Below are positions 26,235 to 34,647 of a DNA stretch of 49,184 nucleotides, one piece after another. The notes under the pieces were generated by a model. The model did no database searches, was not told the DNA's origin, and saw nothing but the letters and a program-made list of their open reading frames with translations. Every line of letters begins with the position of its first letter. Position 1 is the stretch's first letter. The DNA is from an uncultured Candidatus Saccharibacteria bacterium (GTDB lineage: Bacteria; Patescibacteriota; Minisyncoccia; Portnoybacterales; UBA2143): the NCBI GenBank assembly GCA_964403725.1, contig CAYOHI010000004.1:1784-50967 (forward strand), written 5' to 3'. A program made the position numbers and the translations under genes.

Positions 26235-27429
26235 TACAAGGATCGTATGCTCTGACCAGCATAGTAATCAACCGTTCTAATTCTTCTTGGGAACGGTTTT
26301 TTGTTTGTTTGATTAAATTCTCTGAGCTCTTTTCAATCGAAGTCAGATTCTGGACTGTTGGGGTAATGATATTTGCCTCCTTGATAATCCCATCCTTATT
26401 CAAATGGACCTCATGGTAAAGGCTGCCCCTGGGAGCTTCGACATATCCTATGCCTTTCAAAGAAGCATCTTTACCAGGCTTAACCACCTTATTCTTCAAA
26501 TCACCTTTTAAGAGATTCTCGATAATCTCCATGGCTTGATTATGGAAAATTCCAACTTCAATGGCTTGAGCCAAATTATTATGAAATGGGTTCTCAAAAT
26601 CAACTTTGTATTTTGTCTCATCATAATTTCTGAAAACAGCAAGTCTGGCTAAGGATCCAACCAGCATTTCTTCTCCTTTGTATTTGCCAAATTTGGCAGT
26701 TGAATAATCTCTCAATTCTTCATCAATAGTTTCTTTGTATTTCTTGGGTGATGTTTCTTTCCTGCCCCGAATATTGTTTGAAGAAACAGCCACAATCTTA
26801 TCCTCATACAGAGCAACCAATTGCAAATTGACTTTCAGTTCAGGGAATTCTATGCCATTAACCAAATCCATCGTATCCTTGGCAGCTTTTTTGGTATTCT
26901 CTAATTTTTTAAGCAATTCCTCTAATTCTTTTTTAGTCGGAACCTTATGAAAACCGCCAATCCTGGTCCTGGTCGGATGAACGATTCTTCCACCAACAAT
27001 TCTGACAATTTCATCTGAAACTTCTTTTAAAGATAAGGCCTTTTTAAATACTTCAGGATTTTTCTTGGCCAATTCAGTTCCCCTGTCAATTCCCAAGTAG
27101 TCTGGCAAGGATAAGAAGAAAAGATGCAAAGCATGAGATTGAAGCATTTGCCCGCAATTCATCAAATCACGAAGAGACTCTGTCACCTGACTGACTTCAA
27201 TGCCATAGGCGTCTTCTACAGCTCTTAGAGATGCCAGATTATGGGCTGTTGGACAGACTCCGCAGATACGAGGAGTAATCCAATGCATTTCCTCAGCCGT
27301 TCGATCAACTAGCAAACCTTCAAAAAGGCGCTCGCCTTCATGAACATTTAATTCAACCTTGTTTTTCTTCCAATCAATATCTAAAGTTCCGTGTCCTTCA
27401 ATTTTTGCAATAAATTGTTTATCTAACAT
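26215..27429 (-). CDS. NiFe hydrogenase large (alpha) subunit, group 3b-like
   Basis: KIEGHG, L1 RICGVCPTAH, EAPRGSLYH, L2 DPCITCSVH-stop. Confidence 0.93.
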   Translation of the reverse strand: MLDKQFIAKIEGHGTLDIDWKKNKVELNVHEGERLFEGLLVDRTAEEMHWITPRICGVCPTAHNLASLRAVEDAYGIEVSQVTESLRDLMNCGQMLQSHALHLFFLSLPDYLGIDRGTELAKKNPEVFKKALSLKEVSDEIVRIVGGRIVHPTRTRIGGFHKVPTKKELEELLKKLENTKKAAKDTMDLVNGIEFPELKVNLQLVALYEDKIVAVSSNNIRGRKETSPKKYKETIDEELRDYSTAKFGKYKGEEMLVGSLARLAVFRNYDETKYKVDFENPFHNNLAQAIEVGIFHNQAMEIIENLLKGDLKNKVVKPGKDASLKGIGYVEAPRGSLYHEVHLNKDGIIKEANIITPTVQNLTSIEKSSENLIKQTKNRSQEELERLITMLVRAYDPCITCSVH

Positions 27430-28165
27430 TTTTGTATTCCTCTCTTTTTTTCAAAAACATACTAAAATACCTTTCAATTTCTTTTTTATCCGTTATGTCA
27501 TTTAAAATCTTTAATAAATTCCTAACTTCAGCTCCTTCGCGCGGACCAAAGCAGCCGTAGCATGGTGATCCGCTGGAAACGCAAATCGCATCGCATCCGC
27601 CTTGCGTTATCGGACCCAAACAAGGCTTCTTATCAAGCAGCCGACAGTCATTGCCAGCCTGCTTGCATTCAAAACAAACCGAATAGCCGCGATACTTTGG
27701 AGTCTTGCCTGATAACAATTCTTCCAAGATCCTAACCAGTTCATCGCCGTTTACAGGACAACCATGGATTAGAAAATCCACTTGGACATGAGCTGACAGA
27801 GGCAAGGCGTCGATTCCACGAGGCTTGTACTTATCCCCATAGATCTTCTTGTACCATTTCTTTCTCTTGTCCTTATTCATAATTCCAGGAATACCGCCAA
27901 GGCAAGCACAAGCTCCTAATCCAATCAAAATCCCTGATTCTTCCCTTAATTTTTTCAAAGTATCCACTTCATGCTGGGTTATGGGCGTGCCTTCAATAAT
28001 GGTCACGTCATACGGACCCGGCTTGTTATCTTCCTGACCCAAGCGCCAATTGACAATATTAATCCTTTTTTCCAAAGTTAAAATCTTTTCCCTTAGGGAA
28101 ACCAGAGCTACTTCACATCCTTCACAATCTGTAAATTCAAATATGGCTACTTTTGGCTTAGGCAT
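27419..28165 (-). CDS. NiFe hydrogenase small (delta) subunit
   Basis: DCEGC, GACACLGG, GCP, CFEC, PCLGP and CYGC motifs. Confidence 0.92.
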   Translation of the reverse strand: MPKPKVAIFEFTDCEGCEVALVSLREKILTLEKRINIVNWRLGQEDNKPGPYDVTIIEGTPITQHEVDTLKKLREESGILIGLGACACLGGIPGIMNKDKRKKWYKKIYGDKYKPRGIDALPLSAHVQVDFLIHGCPVNGDELVRILEELLSGKTPKYRGYSVCFECKQAGNDCRLLDKKPCLGPITQGGCDAICVSSGSPCYGCFGPREGAEVRNLLKILNDITDKKEIERYFSMFLKKREEYKNVR

Positions 28166-28168
28166 AGT

Positions 28169-28993
28169 CTAATCCCAACTTTTATCTATTTCATCAAAAT
28201 GGAAAACTGGTCCATCTTGGCAAACAAATTTGTCACCCACCGTACAATGCTGGCACTTACCAACTCCACATTGCATTTTTCTTTCCATATTAACAAAAAT
28301 TCTCCGATCAGAAATTCCTAAAGGCCTTAAGATTCTTTCCAAGGCATCCATCATCGGCCCGGGACCGCACATGGCTGAGACTGCATCCAATGGGTCTATC
28401 TTAATATCGCTAATAAGAGCTGAAACTATGCCCACATGTCCTTTCCATGCCTTATCTGGATTATCCACAGTCAGCATAACCTTTATATCACGCTCCCATT
28501 TCTTCAGATTATCCTTCATTAATAGGTCTTTGGGAGTCCTGGCCCCATAGACTAGATATGTCCTGCCGAATTTTTTCCTGTATTCAATAATGTATTCTAT
28601 TAAAGATGCGATTGGCGGAATACCGCAGCCGCCTGTAACCATAACTACATCCTTGCCAGACATGAAATCTACCGGGAAGCCATTGCCATATGGACCGCGC
28701 ATAAAGATCTGATCGCCTTTTTCCAACTGATGCATAGCTTTGGTCAGGCATCCAGCGCGCCTTACCACAATATCTACATATTTAGTCTCAAAAGGCGAAG
28801 AAGCGATACCAAAAGGCGCTTCGCCATAACCGAAATGACTAACTAGAATGAATTGTCCCGGGTTAAAGACAATGCCTTTTTCATTGACTGGAAAGCTGCC
28901 CTTTTCTTTTTGCAATCTAAAAAGCTTAACACTGCCTGAATGCTCTTCAACTTTTACAATATTTACCTTTGTTGGCTCATAAATATTCTTCAT
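28169..28993 (-). CDS. Hydrogenase gamma subunit (FAD/NAD(P)-binding, 2Fe-2S)
   Basis: PGQF, RGPYGNGF, GGCGIPP, CGPGPMM and CGVGKCQHC...C motifs. Confidence 0.92.
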   Translation of the reverse strand: MKNIYEPTKVNIVKVEEHSGSVKLFRLQKEKGSFPVNEKGIVFNPGQFILVSHFGYGEAPFGIASSPFETKYVDIVVRRAGCLTKAMHQLEKGDQIFMRGPYGNGFPVDFMSGKDVVMVTGGCGIPPIASLIEYIIEYRKKFGRTYLVYGARTPKDLLMKDNLKKWERDIKVMLTVDNPDKAWKGHVGIVSALISDIKIDPLDAVSAMCGPGPMMDALERILRPLGISDRRIFVNMERKMQCGVGKCQHCTVGDKFVCQDGPVFHFDEIDKSWD

Positions 28994-29907
28994 TGTTTTT
29001 TAAAATCTTTGACAATTTCTCCCAAAACTTCGCCAATCTTAATTCCTGCCGGGCAATTCTTGCCGCAACTGCCGCAAGCCACGCATTGGGCCTTGCCGAA
29101 TTGCTTGTAGGCTCTGACAAACTTATGGTAATACCAGTTATAGTATCGTTCTTTGATAGTTTTATGGAAATTATGATTGCCAACCACTTGGGAGAATTTA
29201 GGCAGAGTGCAAGCATCCCACTCTCGACAACGCTCGCATTGAGAATCATCTAAAGTGACCCTGTCATCAATTGAAAAACAATGACAAATCGGACAGACAT
29301 AAGTGCAAATTCCACACCCCAGGCACCTATCAGCCAATTCATCCCAAATCTTGTGATTAGCTTTCCAAGACCATTCTACTACATCAGCTAGTAATTCTGA
29401 ATCCAAAAGCATTTCTTTAAATGGATTTGGTTTTGATGGATAATTAACAGTCTTTGGCTTTAAAACTTTTTTAAAGAATTTATCCTTTACCAATCTTCTT
29501 CCTTTATCATTCAATATCCAAGTCCTGTATTCCTTGTCATTAATCTTTTCTAAAATTAGGTCTCCGCCTTTTGGAACCTTAAATGAGTTATTAACAATGC
29601 CAATCAAAACCGATTTGTCTCTTTTCTGCCAATAGAAGAAATCTTTTTCTGGCTTCTCCATAATCTCATCTAGCTGAGTAATGGCTTCCAGTTCACTCAA
29701 ATACCCAATCAACAGCAAAAGATCCTTTGAGTTATCCACAGTCTTCAACTTGCCAGTTTTTTTGTCAAAATTAAAAAGACCCTCCTTAGGTGGAAAAAAG
29801 TATTGCTTGACTGGCAGGAGCTTTTTGCGGGTATCAGTAACTTTAAAATCTTTTTTCAATCCTGCCAACCAATCTTTAATTTTATCTTTTTTGATGATCA
29901 GTTCCAT
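28990..29907 (-). CDS. Hydrogenase beta subunit (4Fe-4S dicluster, AsrA-like)
   Basis: CLGCGICTYVCPICHC and CVACGSCGKNCP. Confidence 0.9.
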   Translation of the reverse strand: MELIIKKDKIKDWLAGLKKDFKVTDTRKKLLPVKQYFFPPKEGLFNFDKKTGKLKTVDNSKDLLLLIGYLSELEAITQLDEIMEKPEKDFFYWQKRDKSVLIGIVNNSFKVPKGGDLILEKINDKEYRTWILNDKGRRLVKDKFFKKVLKPKTVNYPSKPNPFKEMLLDSELLADVVEWSWKANHKIWDELADRCLGCGICTYVCPICHCFSIDDRVTLDDSQCERCREWDACTLPKFSQVVGNHNFHKTIKERYYNWYYHKFVRAYKQFGKAQCVACGSCGKNCPAGIKIGEVLGEIVKDFKKQ

Positions 29908-29983
29908 CGGGTTTATTGTATCACAAATTGAGGAAAACGAAAAATCCTGATCCTTTTTCGCTATTACGAAAAATATTTATGGA

Positions 29984-30376
29984 TCAGGATATTCCCATTT
30001 GTTGCTTGAGTTTGTGAGTAAGAGTAAAAAGAGTGTCATGCTCGTTTGAGACCAATACAACATCAGCCGTTTCTCCTTCCGTTCTATTCCGGTGGTATTT
30101 AGCTACGCCCCTATAGGAACTTTTAACCTCGATTGTTAGTGGCACCTTTTTCTTTTTTTTCTTGATTCTCCTTTCAATCCAGACGACGAAATCTTTGCCG
30201 CCGCCGTCGTGGAAATAGAAGCCCAGAATTTTCCTCTCTGCTTTCAATAAATCTAAAGCACCTTCAACCAGGCTTTCTGACATTCTGCCACGCAACACCC
30301 CTGCTTTGCCGCCACCCCTCCCAGATGGCATTTTTCGTGCTCTAAAAGGAGACCTCTTAGCCCTCTTATGAGCCAT
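29984..30376 (-). CDS. Small basic protein, possible PD-(D/E)XK nuclease fold
   Basis: SE..V helix, KDFVV, IEVKSS; SD GAGGAGG. Confidence 0.55.
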   Translation of the reverse strand: MAHKRAKRSPFRARKMPSGRGGGKAGVLRGRMSESLVEGALDLLKAERKILGFYFHDGGGKDFVVWIERRIKKKKKKVPLTIEVKSSYRGVAKYHRNRTEGETADVVLVSNEHDTLFTLTHKLKQQMGIS

Positions 30377-30408
30377 ACATCCTCCTCTCTTAAGTAGTTG
30401 TTAAGGAA

Positions 30409-31068
30409 TTATTCTTCAGCCTGCAAGGCTTTTTCAATCAGCTTTTCAAATTCAATAACAGGTTGATTACCTGTAATCTTTTCTCCGTTTATGAAAAATG
30501 ACGGCGTTCCTGTAACTCCAGCTTCACTAGCAGAATTAAACCATTCTTCTACCTTGTCTCCATATTTCTTAGAGTCATAGCACATTTCAAAATTATCTTT
30601 ATCCGAGGCAACTTCTAAGCCCATTTTCTTAACATCTTCAACCGTCTTTATATCCTCAATATTCTTAAAGAAATGATCACTCATCTCTGTAAACTTATCC
30701 TCTTCCTGAGCACAGAGGATAGCCAACCCTATTTCAGGAGGCGAAATAAATCTTGAAATTAATTTAACTTTGCCTGTTTTAATATATTTATCAATCAAAA
30801 CTGGCAGAGTTCCTTCATGAAAATCAACACAGTGACCACAAAAATGACTGGAATATTCTATCATTGTTACAGGCGCTTCTGGGCTACCTATGACATGTTC
30901 GCCCACTTTTTGCGTTGAAACAATGGCAGATTTAGATTCTTCCTGGCTAGTACTTAAAATGGAAGAGATCTGATCGTTTTTTTGTTCTTGATTGCGGTCT
31001 GCATGCCAAACGATTCCTCCTAAAAGCGCTATGGCAATGAAACCTAAAATGTATGTTTTTTTATTCAT
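30409..31068 (-). CDS. DsbA-family thiol-disulfide oxidoreductase
   Basis: IGSPEAPVTMIEYS..FCGHC, GVTGTPSFFING; N-terminal anchor. Confidence 0.92.
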   Translation of the reverse strand: MNKKTYILGFIAIALLGGIVWHADRNQEQKNDQISSILSTSQEESKSAIVSTQKVGEHVIGSPEAPVTMIEYSSHFCGHCVDFHEGTLPVLIDKYIKTGKVKLISRFISPPEIGLAILCAQEEDKFTEMSDHFFKNIEDIKTVEDVKKMGLEVASDKDNFEMCYDSKKYGDKVEEWFNSASEAGVTGTPSFFINGEKITGNQPVIEFEKLIEKALQAEE

Positions 31069-31159
31069 ATATTCCATTATATTACTTTTTGAAATAAAAG
31101 CAATGCTTTAAATGCGAAAGCCGGAGCAGTTGAGCCGCCCCGGCTTTACGTTGTTAAAC

Positions 31160-31567
31160 TTACACAGCCTTTGTCTCTTTCATGAAGAGAGCGGACATCG
31201 CCTTGAAGAAGTCTGAAGTAATGGCCACCTGATTCTTGTCGGCGGGATCGTATTTCTGATTCAGGCATTTTTCCAGAATCATATAGATCAGACCGAGCAA
31301 AGCGATACGGTCTACCCGATCCTCGTCCGATATCCGGGTATATATATCGGCCGGAACCCTCATCATCAGAGCGAAAAACAGATCATCCGACCCCTCATAC
31401 AACTCGGGGTCGGCGAGGATGTCGCCGATAATGACACGCATCTCGCCAATAGCTTCAACATAGCTCTTCTCCACCTTACCCAGTCTTGGGTAGAAGGACA
31501 TAGCCAAAGCGACATTCGTGCACAAAAACCCATACCTAATTAAATAATCATCCTTCATTCCCGACAT
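31160..31567 (-). CDS. Hypothetical protein
   Basis: Own promoter TTTACA-17-TATAGT, SD AAGGAG, downstream hairpin 31117-31147. Confidence 0.7.
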   Translation of the reverse strand: MSGMKDDYLIRYGFLCTNVALAMSFYPRLGKVEKSYVEAIGEMRVIIGDILADPELYEGSDDLFFALMMRVPADIYTRISDEDRVDRIALLGLIYMILEKCLNQKYDPADKNQVAITSDFFKAMSALFMKETKAV

Positions 31568-31656
31568 TAACTTCTCCTTTCCTGTAGGTTATGTTGTTAA
31601 ACTACAAACCCCCTTAACTGATAAAACTATACTACATATTCATTGAAATGTAAAGA

Positions 31657-32514
31657 TTAGAATGTTACTCCCTCTCTTTTCAATATCTCTTCTTTTCTTT
31701 TGCTTCCACTGGCAAAACCGCCGATTTGTCCGTTTGATTTGATCACCCTATGGCAAGGCACCCACTTATTCCTGTTCTTATTCAAAGCATTGCCTACTGC
31801 CCTGAAGGATTTAGGATTACCAATATTTTCAGCCACTTGCTTGTAAGTCATGGTTTGTCCTTTGGGTATTTTACTAACAAAATAGTAAACTTTGTCTGTA
31901 AAAGATAAATTATTAAAAACAGGCTGGAAGCTTTTGCGATGAATTTGAGTTGGTCCGAATTTATTCAATTTTTCTAAATGTAATTTAGTACCGTAGCCTT
32001 TGTGCAGATCAAATCCATATTCAGGATATTTCTTATTCATCTTTCCCATTAGTCTGTCTCTTGATACTTTAGCTATGATTGAAGCTAAAGATATGGACCA
32101 AATCTTGCTGTCTCCGCCAATTACAGTCTCTTGATTGATTTTGGTCTTTAATCCTTGGTTGCCATCAATAAAAATATATTCTGGCTTTTTACTTAATTTA
32201 TTCAAACATCTTCGCCAGGACAATTTGGTAGCTTCTAAGATATTGATCTTATCTATTACTTGAGGATTAACAAAACTGACTGCGTATTCAATATCTTTTT
32301 CATATTTGGCAATTTCAAAAATTTCTTCCCTTTGTTTTTCTGAAAGCTTTTTTGAATCCTTAATCTTTAACTTAATTAAAGATTTGGGAATTTCATTCTT
32401 AACAGCAACTACAGCGGAAGTCACAGGGCCGGCTAACGGGCCACGGCCCACTTCATCAATCCCAGCTATGGTTCTATATTTTTTAAATATTTGTTTTTCA
32501 GAATTGGAGAACAT
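31657..32514 (-). CDS. rnhB: RNase HII fused to an O6-alkylguanine alkyltransferase (Ogt/MGMT) domain
   Basis: GIDEVGRGPLAGPV, ASIIAKVSRD, HKGYGT, then IPKGQTMTY...RAVGNAL...VPCHRV in one frame. Confidence 0.92.
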   Translation of the reverse strand: MFSNSEKQIFKKYRTIAGIDEVGRGPLAGPVTSAVVAVKNEIPKSLIKLKIKDSKKLSEKQREEIFEIAKYEKDIEYAVSFVNPQVIDKINILEATKLSWRRCLNKLSKKPEYIFIDGNQGLKTKINQETVIGGDSKIWSISLASIIAKVSRDRLMGKMNKKYPEYGFDLHKGYGTKLHLEKLNKFGPTQIHRKSFQPVFNNLSFTDKVYYFVSKIPKGQTMTYKQVAENIGNPKSFRAVGNALNKNRNKWVPCHRVIKSNGQIGGFASGSKRKEEILKREGVTF

Positions 32515-32571
32515 AAAATTCAAAGGAGTCCAAACCCTCCTGGACTCCTTTACTAACACATTTCAATAAAT

Positions 32572-33531
32572 CTACTTAACCGGATTAACTGGATCCTCGC
32601 CAGCCAGAACTGCAATGACATTGCTGGCTGCCATTTCTGACATCTTATTCCTTGTCCCTTCAGTCCCAGATGCTGTGTGAGGCGTTAAAATGACATTATC
32701 CAGCTCATTTAGACCTGGCATTAATTCAGGCTCTTTTTCAAATACATCTAAAGCTGCTCCAGCAATTTTCTTTTCTTTTAGGGTTTCTACTAGAGCTGCT
32801 TCATCTACTACTGGGCCCCGAGAAGTATTGATCAAATATGCTGTTGGCTTCATTAAAGCCAACTTTTCAGCATTAATTAAGTGAGTTGTTTCTTCAGTCA
32901 AAGCAGTATGCAGAGTGATATAGTCTGCTTCTTTCATCAGATCATCCAGTTCTTTGTACTCAGCATTTAATTTACCGGCAATCTCATCGTTCTTTTTAAC
33001 ATCATGATAAACAACTTTCATGCCAAATCCCTTATACATCCTTTCAGCTACAGCAAAGCCGATTCTACCCAAGCCAACCACCCCTAATGTCTTGTCTTTA
33101 ATATCTCCGCCTAAAAGCAGCTTAGGACCCCAAGCCTTGTATTTGCCGGCCCTGGTATATTTATCTGATTCAACAATTCTTCGAGCTATTGCCAGAATCA
33201 AGGCAGCACCATGATCAGCTACCGTATCAGTTAATACGCCAGGCGTATTGGTGACAGTAATATTTCTTTTTTTGGCTTCTTCAACATCAATATTATTGTA
33301 CCCCACTGCATAGTTAGCCACTATTTTTAATTGTTCACCGGCTGAATCCATAACTTCACCATCAATCTTTTCAGTTAAGACTGAGAGAATAGCATCAGCT
33401 CCTTTGACTTTCTCAAGCAGCTCTTCTCTTGAGATGCTTCCTTCTGGACCAATTTCTACTTCATGGCCTTTTTCCTTTAACATTTCGATTCCTACTTCCG
33501 GAATCTGTCTTGTGACAAATACTTTTGACAT
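32572..33531 (-). CDS. D-2-hydroxyacid dehydrogenase (glyoxylate reductase/D-glycerate dehydrogenase)
   Basis: VGYNNID, NTPGVLT, GLGRIG, NTSRG, LDVFEKEP and TPH motifs. Confidence 0.95.
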   Translation of the reverse strand: MSKVFVTRQIPEVGIEMLKEKGHEVEIGPEGSISREELLEKVKGADAILSVLTEKIDGEVMDSAGEQLKIVANYAVGYNNIDVEEAKKRNITVTNTPGVLTDTVADHGAALILAIARRIVESDKYTRAGKYKAWGPKLLLGGDIKDKTLGVVGLGRIGFAVAERMYKGFGMKVVYHDVKKNDEIAGKLNAEYKELDDLMKEADYITLHTALTEETTHLINAEKLALMKPTAYLINTSRGPVVDEAALVETLKEKKIAGAALDVFEKEPELMPGLNELDNVILTPHTASGTEGTRNKMSEMAASNVIAVLAGEDPVNPVK

Positions 33532-33542
33532 ATTTTTTCTCC

Positions 33543-33827
33543 TTATTTAAATTTAATATTATGCACTTTCTCTAATAACCTTAAAGTTGCCTGGACTGAA
33601 GGATTTTCTGTGTTTTTTAAAAACAATCTATCTTTAAATCTTTCAAGTAAAGGACTTAAAAATTCATCTCCCCAGGAGGGCGTAAATGTTATAACCCCTT
33701 CAAAATCAACCTCAATCTTTTCATCTTCCTTAACATCTCTTAACGAAGATTCAAAAGCAGCAAAGGATTCTTTGCCGAATTGTCGACCAGTTAAAGTTGT
33801 TCCAAATTTTTTTAGAAAAATAGTCAT
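33543..33827 (-). CDS. STAS-like (DUF4325-type) protein
   Basis: FGTTLTGR..G, VDFEGV...TPSWGDE. Confidence 0.8.
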   Translation of the reverse strand: MTIFLKKFGTTLTGRQFGKESFAAFESSLRDVKEDEKIEVDFEGVITFTPSWGDEFLSPLLERFKDRLFLKNTENPSVQATLRLLEKVHNIKFK

Positions 33828-33829
33828 AT

Positions 33830-34567
33830 TTAGAATTTAATTGAAACCAAACAGCCACGTAAATTAATTTTTGATTTTCTAATTCTCAAATCAGAATCAC
33901 CTTTTTGAATTCTTAACTGAGCATCGCCTGTCTGGAAAAACAAATCTATCTCATTATTGATAACAACATCTTTTACAAACTTTAATCCATTACCTCTTGA
34001 TTCTGGAGCCCGAGCTGAAATTATTTCTGTAAAAGCAATTTTCAAAGCCTTCTCATGATCTTTTAATTCTGGCTTAACTCTCTTCAAAGTTTTTAAAACT
34101 CCTTGTCCTCTGTCAGCTAAAACTATCTTTTTATCTTTTAAGCTATGCGCGAAGAATATTCCAGGAATATCTGGCCAATTCCCTAAATTATGATCAAAAG
34201 AATTATTGCCAATTTCTCCAGTGATTGCCAAAATTAAAGGAAATATATTACTTAACTCTTTAATATCTCCCAACTCATTTTGAAGCTTGGGCAATCTTGC
34301 CTGAAATACAGAACTATCAGAACAATATAATTCGGGACGAGGCTCGCTGCCTGGATTACTAATAATCCAGCTTCTTGCTAATTTAAATATGTTTTTAACA
34401 TTGCTCTCAATATATTCTTCAACACTATCCCAGCTATAATATCTGTGTCCTGATGGTTTTTTTCTTACTGAAACCAGTTTACCAGATTTATCCCAACGAC
34501 GCAAAGTTTGAATAGAAACACCAATTATCTCAGAAACTTGTTTAATTGTTAATAGGTCAGAATTCAT
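33830..34567 (-). CDS. MerR/BldC-type HTH fused to a GHKL ATPase (anti-sigma kinase-like) domain
   Basis: GVSIQTLRRWD...GHRYY; EIGNNSFDH (N box), DRGQG (G1), RGNGL (G2). Confidence 0.85.
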   Translation of the reverse strand: MNSDLLTIKQVSEIIGVSIQTLRRWDKSGKLVSVRKKPSGHRYYSWDSVEEYIESNVKNIFKLARSWIISNPGSEPRPELYCSDSSVFQARLPKLQNELGDIKELSNIFPLILAITGEIGNNSFDHNLGNWPDIPGIFFAHSLKDKKIVLADRGQGVLKTLKRVKPELKDHEKALKIAFTEIISARAPESRGNGLKFVKDVVINNEIDLFFQTGDAQLRIQKGDSDLRIRKSKINLRGCLVSIKF

Positions 34568-34578
34568 ATTTTTAAGCT

Positions 34579-34644
34579 AAAACTATACAAAAATCACTCA
34601 AAACTATACATTTTTAGTATATATTCATTAAAATTCCTTGTCAA
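34579..34644 (-). promoter_or_regulatory. Promoter with tandem direct-repeat operator
   Basis: TTGACA-17-TATACT; AAAACTATACA at 34579-34589 and 34600-34610. Confidence 0.75.
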
Positions 34645-34647
34645 TCC

